DNA of 64,000 bases, from positions 6,882,001-6,946,000 of the forward strand of contig NC_043007.1 of assembly GCF_006345805.1 (NCBI RefSeq). The letters are read 5' to 3'. Positions within the stretch are counted from its first letter, which is position 1. Each line of letters opens with the position of its first letter. Shown here in pieces: positions 38,420-50,926 of the stretch. The notes below the pieces were generated by a model. That model had not been told where the DNA came from, made no database searches, and saw only the letters and a program-made list of their open reading frames with translations. Position numbers and translations under genes: made by a program. The stretch is from Octopus sinensis. Its lineage: Eukaryota.

Positions 38420-41400
38420 CAGCTACCATGGCCACTAATCAGTACTAATACAATTAATGAACTCTTGACGCTCCACAATCCAGAGCCCTTAACAGTTCCA
38501 ATATCCGCTTCATTTCCTCGGAATACCCCAAGTGACCCATCACCATCATCGTCATCATGTTCTACTGCTGCTACCATTATCACAACTAAACAATAGCAAC
38601 AACAACAAGATAAGCATCGGAAATCACTCCTCAGTACTAGAACAATCGATGACCCATTAACCAGCACAGTCCCTAACTCTTCTCCTCAATCAGGCCACTC
38701 ACATTCTTCCAAGAATGGCACAAGAGATCCATCATCGCCATTGTCATCGTATTCTGCTGCTACTACTACTGCTACAACTCTATTCTACTATTACCACCAC
38801 TACTACTACTCCAATTAATGAAGAATCACTCCCTTTCCCCACCGTCTGCCTCAATCTGAATGCGTACCTGAAATCTTCCAACTGTCAATAAAACAAAATT
38901 AGGAACACAGGACTCCCCAAATTATTCTGCCATTCTCACCGCAGAAGCCTATGCATACGCAGTGACTGTAACTTCACCCATTTACCTGGGACAAGACATA
39001 CAATTTGTAAACCACAGCAAAACTTTTTAAAATAAAAGAAAAATTCCAAAAGAAAAAGAAATTCAGAAATTTAAAAATCCAACAAGGTGAACCTGCTCTT
39101 CCTCCTATTGTTCCCAAAGACTGGAATATCTACAATTCCCTGTAAATATTTTAAATCTCACTCAAAATAAAATAAGTTAGGAAACTTACATACCTACAGC
39201 TATCGTACACAGAAACGGTCAGCTTAAAATACAAAAAAAAAGAAATCTTTAATATCTACGACTAATGTGCGACAACTTATCCTTTCCTCTCCCCCTGAGT
39301 ATTCGAAAGCATAAATGTCATCGTCCTTTTTATTCTAAGAACACTACTATTTCTCTCTGTGCAGTCATACAAAAGACCATATTAAGTAAATCACAGATCT
39401 CAACCACCTGTACTATGCATCCGCGAAAATCTCAACGATTCTATGTGGTGAAAAGATTAGAAAACGGCAACATTCCCATAAAAAACCTTCTTGGCAAGAG
39501 CGTATCCAACAACAAATTAAACTACTTAGGTCTGACACTGAATATTTGAAAAACCTTAAGGTTGACAAGACTACCTAACCTACAAAAACCCCAAAATTAA
39601 TGAAAAAATATAATATGAAAACTATACTTGATATTGATGCCACCATAGAAACCATCAAGCAAAAGGTATCTGCTAAAGCTGCCCGCATAGCGAGGTATGA
39701 AAAGCGTGTTAGATTCTTCAAGGACAACAACATGTTCAAAAATAACCCCAAAAGTTTTTACAGGAAGATAGGAAAAACACCAATTACTGGAAAGTCTGTA
39801 CCATCAAAAGAAGAAGCGCTGGGATTTTGGAATAAAATTTGGGCAGAAGAAAAAACGCACAACAAAAAGGCCCCCTGGATTGATAGAATATCTACAGAAA
39901 TGGACTCCTTAGAAGAGCAAAAGTGAGAGGGTGTCAAGGTAGAAGATATAAGATCTGCTCTCAGGAGGTCAAGCAAATGGAAATCTCCAGGAAAGGATAA
40001 AATTCCTAACTTCTGGTTGAATGCCTTCCCAGAGAGCCATGAACTGCTAACATAACTTTACAATGATGTTTTGCAATACCCTAGTAGGATGCCTCCTTGG
40101 CTAGTTAATGGGTTAAGATTCCTGCTTCCAAAAAGTGAAGAAACAAATGAACCAAAAAACTATAGACCCATAACCTGCTTAACAACTATGTATAAAGCGC
40201 TAACATCTGTCCTGACGGAATATACCTATAGTTTTTTTAACAGACAGCAGCATATTCCCTAATGAACAGAAAGGATGTAAACGTGGATCCTATGGTTGTA
40301 AAGATCAACTACTCATCAATAAGATGATCTTAGAAGATTGTCAAAAACGACACAAAAAACTTGACAAAAGCCTGGATAGGCTATAAAAAGGCTTTTGATA
40401 GCCTACCACATAGCTGGATTAAGAAATGCCTGGAAATGTATAAAATAGCACCTACTCTGCGAAACTTTTTGTCTGTAAGTATGAGATCATGGAGAACCAC
40501 ACTAACTTCGAACAGTGACAATGAATCTCTAAATGCTGGTGATGTAAACATTTCATGTGACATTTTCCAGGGTGACTCACTATCACCACTCCTCTTTTGT
40601 TTAGCCTTAATACCTCTCTCAAAATTGCTCAATGACGCGCAGTACGGATATAAAATGTTTGATAAAAATATAAATTATCTCATTTACATGGATGATTTAA
40701 AGCTCTTTGCAAAAAATGACCAACAACTCAAGGGCTTACTAGCGATTGTTAAACAATTCAGTGATGACATCAGAATGCAATTTGGCCTCGATAAATGTGC
40801 AAAAGCTACCTTTATCAAAGGAAAAATGACAGAAACATCTAACGTTAACCTTAATCAGCAGCATGTCATAAAAGAATTAGACCCAGCGGAGAGCTACAAG
40901 TACCTAGGGGTATTTGAAGGGGATGGAATAAGGCATTCTGTGATGAAGGAAAGGATAAGAAGAGAATGTTATCGCAGAGTAAGAGCAATACTCAAGACAG
41001 AGCTGAATGCGAGAAACAGGATCGAAGCGATCAATGTTTTAGCCATACCAGTCGTGACTTACAGTTTCAATATTGTTAACTGGTCAATTACTGAAATATG
41101 TAATCTTGACAGAAAAATGCGAAAACTGTTGACAATGCATAAAATGCACCACCCTAAGGCAGATATAGAACGACTTTATCTGCCAAGAAAAGAGGGAGGC
41201 CGTGGAATTTTACAACTGGCAATAACAATGAAGATTGCTACAATTAGCCTAGACACCTACCTGAAAAACTCTGAGGACTGGATGTTAAAACTTGTCTCAA
41301 AACATGAAAACAAGAAAGCATCATACTCAGTCACAAAACAGGCAAAGGAATATCTAAGTGAATTCCGAATTCAACAAATTTCGGAATTAGACATACAAGA

Positions 41401-42426
41401 AACAAGCACAGAAAAAGCTAAGCGCATGAAAACCCGTGCTAAAACTGCTGCCTTAGATATTCTGAATGATAAATGGCAAGAAAAACCTTTCTATGGCAAA
41501 TACCCAAAGAGAGCGAATAATGCAGATGTTGACAAAGCCCTGACCCATCAATGGCTAATGGCCTCTGGCTTAAAATCTGAAACAGAAGGGTTTATCATAG
41601 CAGTTCAAGATCAATGCCTACCTACAAGGAACTACCAGGCCAACATATTAAAGAACGGCAGTAGCCCAACATGTCGTGTACGTCAACAACAAAATGAAAC
41701 CATTGATCATGTAGTCTCGAAGTGCAGTCTTCTTGCGCCTACAGAGTATCTCAACAGGCATGATAGAGCTGCACAATATATTCACTGGGTAATTTGCAAA
41801 AACCTGGATTTGCCCCATGAAAAACTGGTGGGAACACAAACCACCTCCATTGCTTGAAAATGACCACATCTCACTCCTCTGGAACTTCACCATTCAAACT
41901 GACAGAAAGATAGATGCAAACAGGCCAGACATCATATTGAAAGACTTCAGACAAAGAACATGCCTTCTCATTGATATGACTGTCCCAATCGATATAAACG
42001 TATCTGTCAAGACCTACCAAAAACTGAGCAAATATATAGATCTTGAAATAGAAATCAGCAAAATGTGGAACCTGAAGACTAAAACAATACCTGTTGTCAT
42101 AGGTGCCCTGGGAATGATAGCAAAAGGGGCTGATTGCTACCTAACTGAGATACCAGGAAACCCCAAAATGGCAGAAATTCAAAAGATAGTGCTCATGGGA
42201 ACTGCTCATATCCTACGCAAAATACTTTTTATGTAATCTCAATTTTTAAAACAAACATAATTTTCGTATGTTTTTTTTTAGACATTCACTAGTACAACAC
42301 TAAATACAAAACCAAATATATGACACACTAGGCATAACAACAACATGAACTTCCAACCTGTTGTCTCTTGAGGTCTCTGGGTGAGATTTGGAGCCAACTT
42401 GTACAAATGTAAAGCAAAAGTCAAAC

Positions 42427-42486
<60 letters not shown>
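38420..42486 (+). mobile_element. R4/Dong-type non-LTR retrotransposon with restriction-like endonuclease, decayed, near full length
   Basis: Collinear RT motifs (KSPGKDKI, NYRPITCL, KKAFDSLPH, FQGDSLSPLLF, YMDDLKLF), CCHC region (CRV..ETIDHVVSKC), RHD, and REL motif RPDIIL..LIDMTVP..QKLSKY; ends in (TAA)n at 42430-42486. The 5' boundary upstream of about 39390 is inferred. Confidence 0.9.
39390..42236 (+). pseudogene. RT-CCHC-RLE polyprotein of the R4/Dong-type element, disrupted
   Basis: ORF pieces 39600..39926, 40071..40262, 40361..41857 and 41817..42236 join into one protein; stops at about 39924 and 40053, frameshifts at about 40260 and 41820. Confidence 0.92.
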
Positions 42487-42488
<2 letters not shown>

Positions 42489-42695
42489 CCAGGACTTTCA
42501 AACACATAACATACAGAAAATTGCACTACTGGGCACTGCCCACATCCTACGTAAAACACTTTCAATACAGTAAAAATAAGAGCATCACAACAAACCACAG
42601 CACATACCCAAGGCACACAGAGCTGCGTTCGGTAGTGAAGTGAAAGCACGTTATATAAGAAAAACAAAAAAAAACACTGAATAATAATAATGATA
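42486..42695 (+). mobile_element. 3' terminal fragment of a second R4/Dong-type subfamily
   Basis: Encodes ...IQKIALLGTAHILRKTLSIQ* (stop 42571-42573), paralogous to IQKIVLMGTAHILRKILFM* of the upstream element; different 3'UTR ending in (TAA). Confidence 0.85.
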
Positions 42696-43515
42696 AATAT
42701 TATCATACTTGTGTTTGTTTTGATATTAAGATATTTAAAAAATCGGCCATGTTTTCGGCCCCTAAGCAAATTTCGTTCCGAGGCTAAATGTAGATGTAAC
42801 CCAAACAGCGAACTGGTTTGGGCTGAGTGCTCCTTTGTCTCAGTGAGATGCCTTTTTTTTTCTGTAGATTTTGAGCAAAATCTTTTCAGAGAAAGCATGA
42901 ACCTCAACAGTCTAATTAAATATGGAAAGACCGGAGAAGTTCAAGACCACTGTCCCGTATCCATTGTGAGAATTAGAAAACACTATATTTAGTTTTCTGT
43001 TTCAAATGAGGAAATTTTCTTGCGAAATACAGATTCATTAAAAAAAAACCTCTGTAATGTAATGCAACAGCACTTTTCCTTTTCATTCATTGACATCAAC
43101 TCATGTATTTTGACTGCGCAGCACTTCCAACCAATCATAATACTCTTACAACATACAAGAATATATGTGAGTATGTAAGTCTGTGTGAGAGATAGAGAGA
43201 GAGAGAGAAGGGAAAGAGAGAGTGAAAGAGGGGTTGTCTGCTTTTACTTCTGTTCTGCCTCATTTACGCCCTCCAGAGTACATTATGTAAATTATACTCT
43301 GCATTTTTGCCTAACTTTGCAGAATTAAGGCGCCAATTTGAGACATAGCTATTGTAAATACATGCAACAGGTTGTAGCCTGAAAAAAGTTACATAAACAA
43401 ACAGTTTATTACCAACACACACGCGTATCTAAAACTGCTATTCTTACTGAGTGAATCACAAGAAGATACTTTACCATTTACCAGAGGAGATGCTATAATA
43501 TTATCCTTATTAAAA

Positions 43516-44090
43516 GGCGGTGAGCTAGCAGAAACGTTAGCACGCCGGGCGAAATGCGTAGCCGTATTTCGTCTGCCGCTACGTTCTGAGTTTCCGCCGA
43601 GGTCGACTTTGTCTTTCATCCTTTCGTGTTCGATTAAATAAGTACCAGTTACGCATTTGGGATCGATATAATCGACTTAATCCGTTTGTCTGTCCTTGTT
43701 TGTCCTCTCTGTGTGTAGCCTCTTGTGGGTAGTAAAGAAATAGGTATTTCGTCTGTCTTTATGTTCTGATTTCAAATTCTACCGAGGTGACTTTGCCCTT
43801 TCATCCTTTCGGGGTCGATTAAATAAGTATCAGTTGCGCACTGGGGTCGATATGATCGATTTAATCCGTTTGTCTCTCCTTTCCATGTTTAGCCCCTTGT
43901 GGGTAGTAAAGAAATAGGTATTTCGTCTGTCTTTACGTTCTGAGTTCAAATTCTGCTGAGGTCGACTTTGCCATTCATCCTTTCGGGGTGGATAAATTAA
44001 GTACCAGTTGCGTACTGAAGTCGATCTAATCGACTGGCCCCCTCCAACCAAAAAATCTCGGGCCGTGTGTCCAGAGTAGTAAATGATATT
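43516..44090 (+). mobile_element. SINE family 2 trimer: head-[core-tail A]-[core-tail A]-[core-tail B]
   Basis: Units restart at (G/C)GTATTTCGTCTG at 43563, 43743 and 43917. Confidence 0.9.
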
Positions 44091-44769
44091 ATCCGTATTG
44101 AAATTACAGAGGAAAAAGCTGTATGTAGTGCACTACAAATAGATCAATCCACGCGTTCAGCGGATGCATTGTTATGCAAATTAGACCCACCAGTTCAGCT
44201 GAGTCCAAGTTTTCATACAGTATACGTCACTATAATGTTTCTATGAACAGATAAAAGCCAAACCGTTAGCTTGTTTAGAACCTATCTCTCTTTCCCGCTT
44301 GTTGGAAAGAGCGAACCCGCATATCGGAAAGAGCGATTGATCACACCTTTTCGCACATGGCCAGAGAAAATTTGCTCTTTGCCAGTTATTTCTTATTTCT
44401 AAGAAAATAGGCTAAAAACATATCTGTGAAAGTGGCATACTTTAAATTTTGAATCATCTAAAAAGTAACGCTCTGCAGTGCACTATGAATAAATTAAGGT
44501 ATTAATTTGCTAATTAGTACATTAATATAAAATACACATAGAAATATATGCACAGTGATGTGTGTTTCGCGTGTGTGTGTCTTTGTATTTGTATGTGTAT
44601 ACGTGTGTTTGTCTTTTTATTTTTCTGTCTCCGCCCACACGTTCATCGGTAGATAAACGAGTACTGTACAACCTCATAGAGTTTGTTTGCAAGTCGTATC
44701 GTTCTTGCTTTTAATTACGTTTATAACAGCACAAATCCCCCTTAATTAATGCAACCACTTTTGCTGTGT

Positions 44770-45500
44770 CCAGTTCTATTATCACCATCACTACAACAAG
44801 TATAGTCACGGTCCCCACGTTTTATATCACATGTACACTCACCAATACTACAACCAATATTCCTAACAATAATGACCATTGCTATCACTAGTACCATCAT
44901 CATCATCATCATCATCATTGCCCTCTACCAATGCAGCTTTGCTCACCGCCGCTTACGCCACCCTTTAGGTTATTGCTACTTCTATCACCACCATAGAAGC
45001 AACACAAGTATACTACCAAAATCACCATCAATAATACCACCATCACCATCGCCATCACGAGCATCATCAATATCATCACCATTGCCATCGCTACCAACAG
45101 CAATATCAGCAGTCTGCTATCACAGATATATATACACAACCGTCATCATCATCACCGTCATCAGCACAGCCAATACCTCCACCACCATCGCTACCACGGA
45201 TAAAAATAGCATCATCATCACCAGTACTATCATCATCAACATTATACCCAGCAATAAATCACAAACACCACCACCACCAGTGCCATCTCTCGGCCATCTC
45301 CGCCACCAATGCTACCAACGTTACTACTACTACTACTATTCCTATACCATCGCAATTACGTATACTAGCGCCAATACACGTCTACTAATACCAATTTCAC
45401 CAGTACTACAATACCACAACTACCACTGCCTGTACTAACACCAAGGCCATCGCCATCCATTCCTGCTACTAACCGCCCTTCATTATGCGACAAGTATAAA
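44770..45500. repeat. Cryptic (CAT)/(CAC)/(TAC) low-complexity tract
   Basis: Direct reading; ORF 44872..45438 is Ile/Thr/Ser/Tyr-run rich with no domain. Confidence 0.8.
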
Positions 45501-45988
45501 TATTAGTAATAACAACCGCCACCTTTATACACTCTCTCTCTCACACAACCTGCCTCTTAATCTCTCTCTCTCTCTCTCTCGCTCTCATTCTCTTCCCCCT
45601 CACACACAGCCTATACCTTCTTCTCACCTCCTACCGCTCCCGCTACTGCAGTCCTCCATCGTAATTCACTGTTTCTCCCCCTCCACTCCCCCACTTCATT
45701 CTTTTTTTCTGTTTTCTTTTTCACTCCCGTACCATCCTTCTCCTGCTACCCTCGTCTTTCTCTATGCCTTCTCTTCCCCGAACACTCAACTTCCTCCTCC
45801 TACTTATTCCGCCTCCTTCTCAGCAATCGATGTGAAAGAAGAATACAGACAACCTATCCTCTCCGCCTCCCGCTCGGCCGTTCGCCCGCCACCTTCGCTT
45901 CTCAATAAACTCCTGCCACCATCTTAAATTCTCGTCTATTGACTACAACTACTACTGTCACTGCCTCAACACTTCTCTCCTGTTGCTG

Positions 45989-46028
<40 letters not shown>

Positions 46029-46121
46029 TCACGCACACATACACAAACGCACACAAACACAGAATCAGAGAAGCATGCATATATGTATGATTGTGTATAC
46101 ATATATATATATATATATATA

Positions 46122-46625
<504 letters not shown>

Positions 46626-47081
46626 ATATCGCGTAGCAATGAAATGTATGTTGTAAGGCAAAGGTAGAGAGGCAGACGACCAAAGGAAAGAAAGTCTGAG
46701 TAAAAAGAGAAAAATGCTTTTTTGTTAAGTTAAACCCAAATTCTGTTCGAGCGTCGTTTGACTTACCTTTATCCCTTATTTGTGTGTTTAATTTTGCTGT
46801 TCGGGAGATGCGGAATAAGAGAAAGAAGAAAGAGAACGAATAAAGAGAAGATTGAATCAGCGAACGATGATAAGACTCGGAGAAACACAAATTATAAAAG
46901 AAAGGTCACTTTTTAATATATCCAAAATTGGGAAGTCGAAGGAATGTAAGGCAGGAAGACTTTCACGCGCGCATATACACTCGTGCCCGCATATACATAC
47001 ATGCGCGAGTGTGTGTGTGAGTGAATGTGTGCATATATATGTGTGTGCGTGCACGTGTATGTCTGTGTGCATTTGCATTTG

Positions 47082-47117
<36 letters not shown>

Positions 47118-47606
47118 GGCGTAGTTGTGTGGTAAGCAGTTTGCTTCCCAACCACATAGTTCTGGGTTCAGTCTCAGTGCATGGCTCCTTGAGCAAGTGT
47201 GCTCTGCTTATAGCCCTGGGCAAACCAAACTGTGTTGATAGACTAAACTGAAGGAGACCTTATATATATGTATATATTTCTCTATTCGTTTATTTATTTA
47301 TTTATACAAGATGGATTTATATTTAAAAATTTGATTTGTATACATCTTTAATCTGTTTTCAGCTATATATGTATATGTATGTATGTATATATGTATATAT
47401 ATACGTGTGTCTGTGTATGCATTCGTGTCTTTGTGAGTTGGGTTTGTACCCCTAGACTGTTTGACAACCAGTGTTGGTTTGTTTACATCCTCCTTAAACT
47501 ATCGATTCGACAAAACTTCTCGACATAATAGGTACCAAACTCTTCAGGTCGGTACCCACAGCATGGCCACAGTCCAATGACTGAAACAAGCAAAAGATAA
47601 AAGATT
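47118..47606 (+). mobile_element. CORE-type SINE family 1
   Basis: Head GTTGTGTGGTAAGCAGTTTGCTTCCCAACCAC, core CCTTGAGCAAGTG, tail GCATGGCCACAGTCCAATGACTGAAAC. Confidence 0.8.
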
Positions 47607-48304
47607 TATATGAAACGGGAAAGAGTGAATGTAAAAAAGAATCGCATCTTTTATATTTTATTTCATGTATTTTCTCGTGGTCCCTACAAAACTGAAGAAC
47701 CACTTCACTATAAGATTTTTTCGTTTTACTTATTTGTGATGGTGGTTTGAAAAAGTGGAATTCATCCAAAGATTTCCTTCTCTCGTTGAATTGTTTGCGA
47801 CAATGTGCAACATATTAGAGTCATCGAAGGACCGGGTGATATTTAACAAGTTAGTAGATTATTTCTTCAGACCAAGAAAGACTAATGTAAATCCGGCAGG
47901 CCCCGGACAGATTTCATACTGGAAATTTCAACAAAACATATTTGTGACTTTTTCAGTTACCAGAAAATACACATGGCGACGTTAGTGCGCAGTGGTTTCA
48001 ACGGGGATAGTTACAAAGCAAAGGTTTACTCAGACGATTGCGCCTGTGTTTGGTACTGTTCTTCACAGTGTCTTCAGTACTGTAAGATAGAGAGGGAGTT
48101 TGTAGGAAAAATTGGCTGCGGATGACAATGGAATTTCTGTAGCTGTTTCTTCTGAGTGTTCGGTGGCAACAAAGCAACGAGAAAAGAAGAAAGACAAAAT
48201 TATGAGAGGGTGGGAATATGAAGATGGCTGAAATAGAGAAAGGAATGCAAACAGAGAAATGAAGGAGAGACAAGAATTTATGAATCAGATATCAGATATC
48301 GCCA

Positions 48305-49010
48305 CTTCATCTTACATGGATATCGCCTCACCACTATCCAACCGCCCTTGCCAGAGCACTTCCGTGGACCGTGCATTTGCTTTCTCCCCTGCTCCGCCCT
48401 GCCGTCTCCTGTTTTCCCTCACCTACCACTCCACCACCCTACATCACCAACGCAGTTTTCCGAGCCTTCCGGCGACTCCAGTCCGACCCCTCCACTTCGA
48501 ACATCTTCCCTAACCGACCCCTCTCCTTCTTCAAACGAATCCACAACCTACGAGACCTCTTGTTCCACAGCTTCTTCCCTAAACCAACCTCCCAACCCGG
48601 CTCGTTCCCCTGTTCCCGCCCACGCTGCCGCAAATGCCCTTACCTCTCCAACACCACCCTCCTCACCAGCACCCATTATCAACCCTATCATATCCCCGAC
48701 TCCTTCATCTTCACTTCTAGCAATATCATCTACTGCATCTCCTGCTCTCTCTCCCCTTCTTTATACATCGGGCAAACGGGACGCCGCTCTAGCTGACCGG
48801 TTGGTGGAACCCCTGCGAGACATCCGACATGGCAATGACACACCGGTCTGGAGCCATTTCCGTCTTCCGGTCACTCTTTGCAACACCTGTTCGTGTTCGA
48901 ATTGTCCTTCTACAGGGGTCATCCAGACTCCCGTTTGCGCCCTGAACAGTGAGATTAATCTTCTCTCTTGGCTCATTTGCCCCACATGGGCTCACCTCTC
49001 CTCCCCTCTT
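48305..49010 (+). pseudogene. Penelope RT thumb/linker and GIY-YIG endonuclease remnant
   Basis: IYCISC..YIGQTGR motif in ORF 48371..48796; several frameshifts. Confidence 0.88.
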
Positions 49011-49666
49011 CATGTAACTCTTCTACCCTCTCCTCTCTTCCTTTCACATCTACTTACTCCCACCCACCTCTCCTCTCTTGCTCCGTCCCCTACTTCTTCT
49101 CGTCACTTCTACCCTCCTTTTCTCTACTCTTCGCTCCTGCCTCCCTTCTCTCTTCCCCTCCCTTCATCGTCACCTCTCCCTCGTAACCCATCCCTACATT
49201 ATCCAACCCCACCTTCACTATCCATCCCATCCCTTACACCTACTCCCACATACCTCACCTTTAACCCCCTCAGCCTAACCCATACCCCACCCTTACTTTC
49301 CTCACTCTCGCCTCCCTCACATCCCAACACCACAACACCTCACCACACACCACCATACCACATAACACCACATCACCTCACCCCAGCGCGCACACACTAG
49401 CCTTGACCACTTCCCAGCACCCATATCATCATCCACACACCTACACATCCACATAATCACACGTCAAAGTCACCAGCCCTATTCCACACGCACATGCATG
49501 CTCTCTTATACACATGTACGCGCACATTCGTTTTGGGATCACCACTACTTTATTATCTTCCCTTCTTCCTAGCACTCCTGTGTGACCCCTCTGTCCGACA
49601 TTTGCCATGATAGATCGCTAGCCACTACACATTCTTTATTTTCTCTCCTTGTTTCTTTCTGTGTTC

Positions 49667-49702
49667 CTTTCTGTACAAGAGCGTAGGCTCGAAACGTTAA
49701 AG
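49667..49702 (+). ncRNA. Minimal type I hammerhead-like motif in the Penelope pseudo-LTR (non-canonical core)
   Basis: Stem I CTTT/AAAG, core CTGTACA, extra A, stem II GAGC-GTAG-GCTC, GAAAC-GT-T. Confidence 0.6.
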
Positions 49703-49834
49703 ACTTTTTCACTTCCCGAGCGTTAAACTAATACATCTGTTTGTTGTCTATAACACCTGTCTTCATCTTTTGTGTTTTTGTGAATTCTACCCCACCCACC
49801 ATATATATATATATATATATATAATATATATATA

Positions 49835-49916
<82 letters not shown>

Positions 49917-50439
49917 TATCAGTAATATCATCACCGAGTTACGTTGCAAATGTTCCCGCCGTCGATATAGCAAATGACAAAACTATTCCGTCGCCTTAGT
50001 TACATGCAACTCATCTCCCACCAATAAAACCCAGCAACTCATCTACCTGTGAGGGACCTTATTTTAACTTGTGCTGAGATCCTAAAGAAATGCAGATTTC
50101 CCTGTCGTAAGTAGCGGCTTCTGCATCAACACAGCAAGACAGAATGAAAAGCGTGATTCTCCTGAACAATGGGTAAGGCTATTCATAAAGCATTCAACAT
50201 ATGTATTTGTTTATATGAATATCCACACTCACTTGCAACGGAATAAAACAGAGAACACAACTTGTGTCTTAATGCATACAGATGTGGATCGATATTATGG
50301 ATGGATGGACGACTATTTATCGGGATGATTATTGTCTTCCTCACTGTAATCCCTGTGATGCGGATGATAATAATAAGAATGGTTCCACATGTTGGCACAA
50401 GATCAGCAAATTGGGTGAGAAAGAGCAAGTCTGTTCCAT

Positions 50440-50594
50440 CGATTCCTCTGATCAGGTCGTACTTCTTTTGATGACCCCGAAAGGCCAAAAGGCGCAGTCG
50501 ACCTCACTGGCACTTGCTCTCAGAACATAATAACGGACTAAATGCTACTAAGCGTTTTATCCGGCATGCTAACGGATGTGCTTGCTCACTTCAA

Positions 50595-50625
<31 letters not shown>

Positions 50626-50870
50626 TATTATTATTATTATTATTATTACTATTATTATTATGGTTTCAAATTTTGACACAGACCCAGCAATTTTGGAGGG
50701 GACGGGGATATCGATTATATCAACCCCAGTGCTCAACTAGTATTACTTTATCGACCCCGAAAAGATGAAAGAAAATTCGACCCCCGGTGCCATTTGAACT
50801 CAAACAAAATGCCCTTAAACATTTTGTATCCGTCGTGCTAACGATTCAGCCAGCTCGCCGTTTTAATATT
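50440..50870 (-). mobile_element. Two degenerate SINE family 2 copies separated by (AAT)n(ATT)n
   Basis: GACCCCGAA..GATGAAAG core and head motifs in both copies. Confidence 0.7.
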
Positions 50871-50876
50871 AACAAA

Positions 50877-50926
<50 letters not shown>

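Larger units (their letters stand above)
48299..49795 (+). mobile_element. 5'-truncated Penelope-like element (GIY-YIG end, C/T-rich 3' region, pseudo-LTR)
   Basis: Translation GSFPCSRPRCRKCPY...NIIYCISCSLSPSLYIGQTGRR, continuing after a frameshift as LADRLVEPLRDIRHGNDTPVWSHF; the Cys-rich linker before GIY-YIG is typical of Neptune-type PLEs; the pseudo-LTR at about 49575-49795 is repeated elsewhere in the window. Confidence 0.9.

Noticed and set aside
50280-50330. DRYYGWMDDY resembling the CCK/gastrin motif YMGWMDF
   Set aside because: No terminal Phe, no Gly-basic amidation or cleavage site, and a stop follows within a few codons; coincidence.
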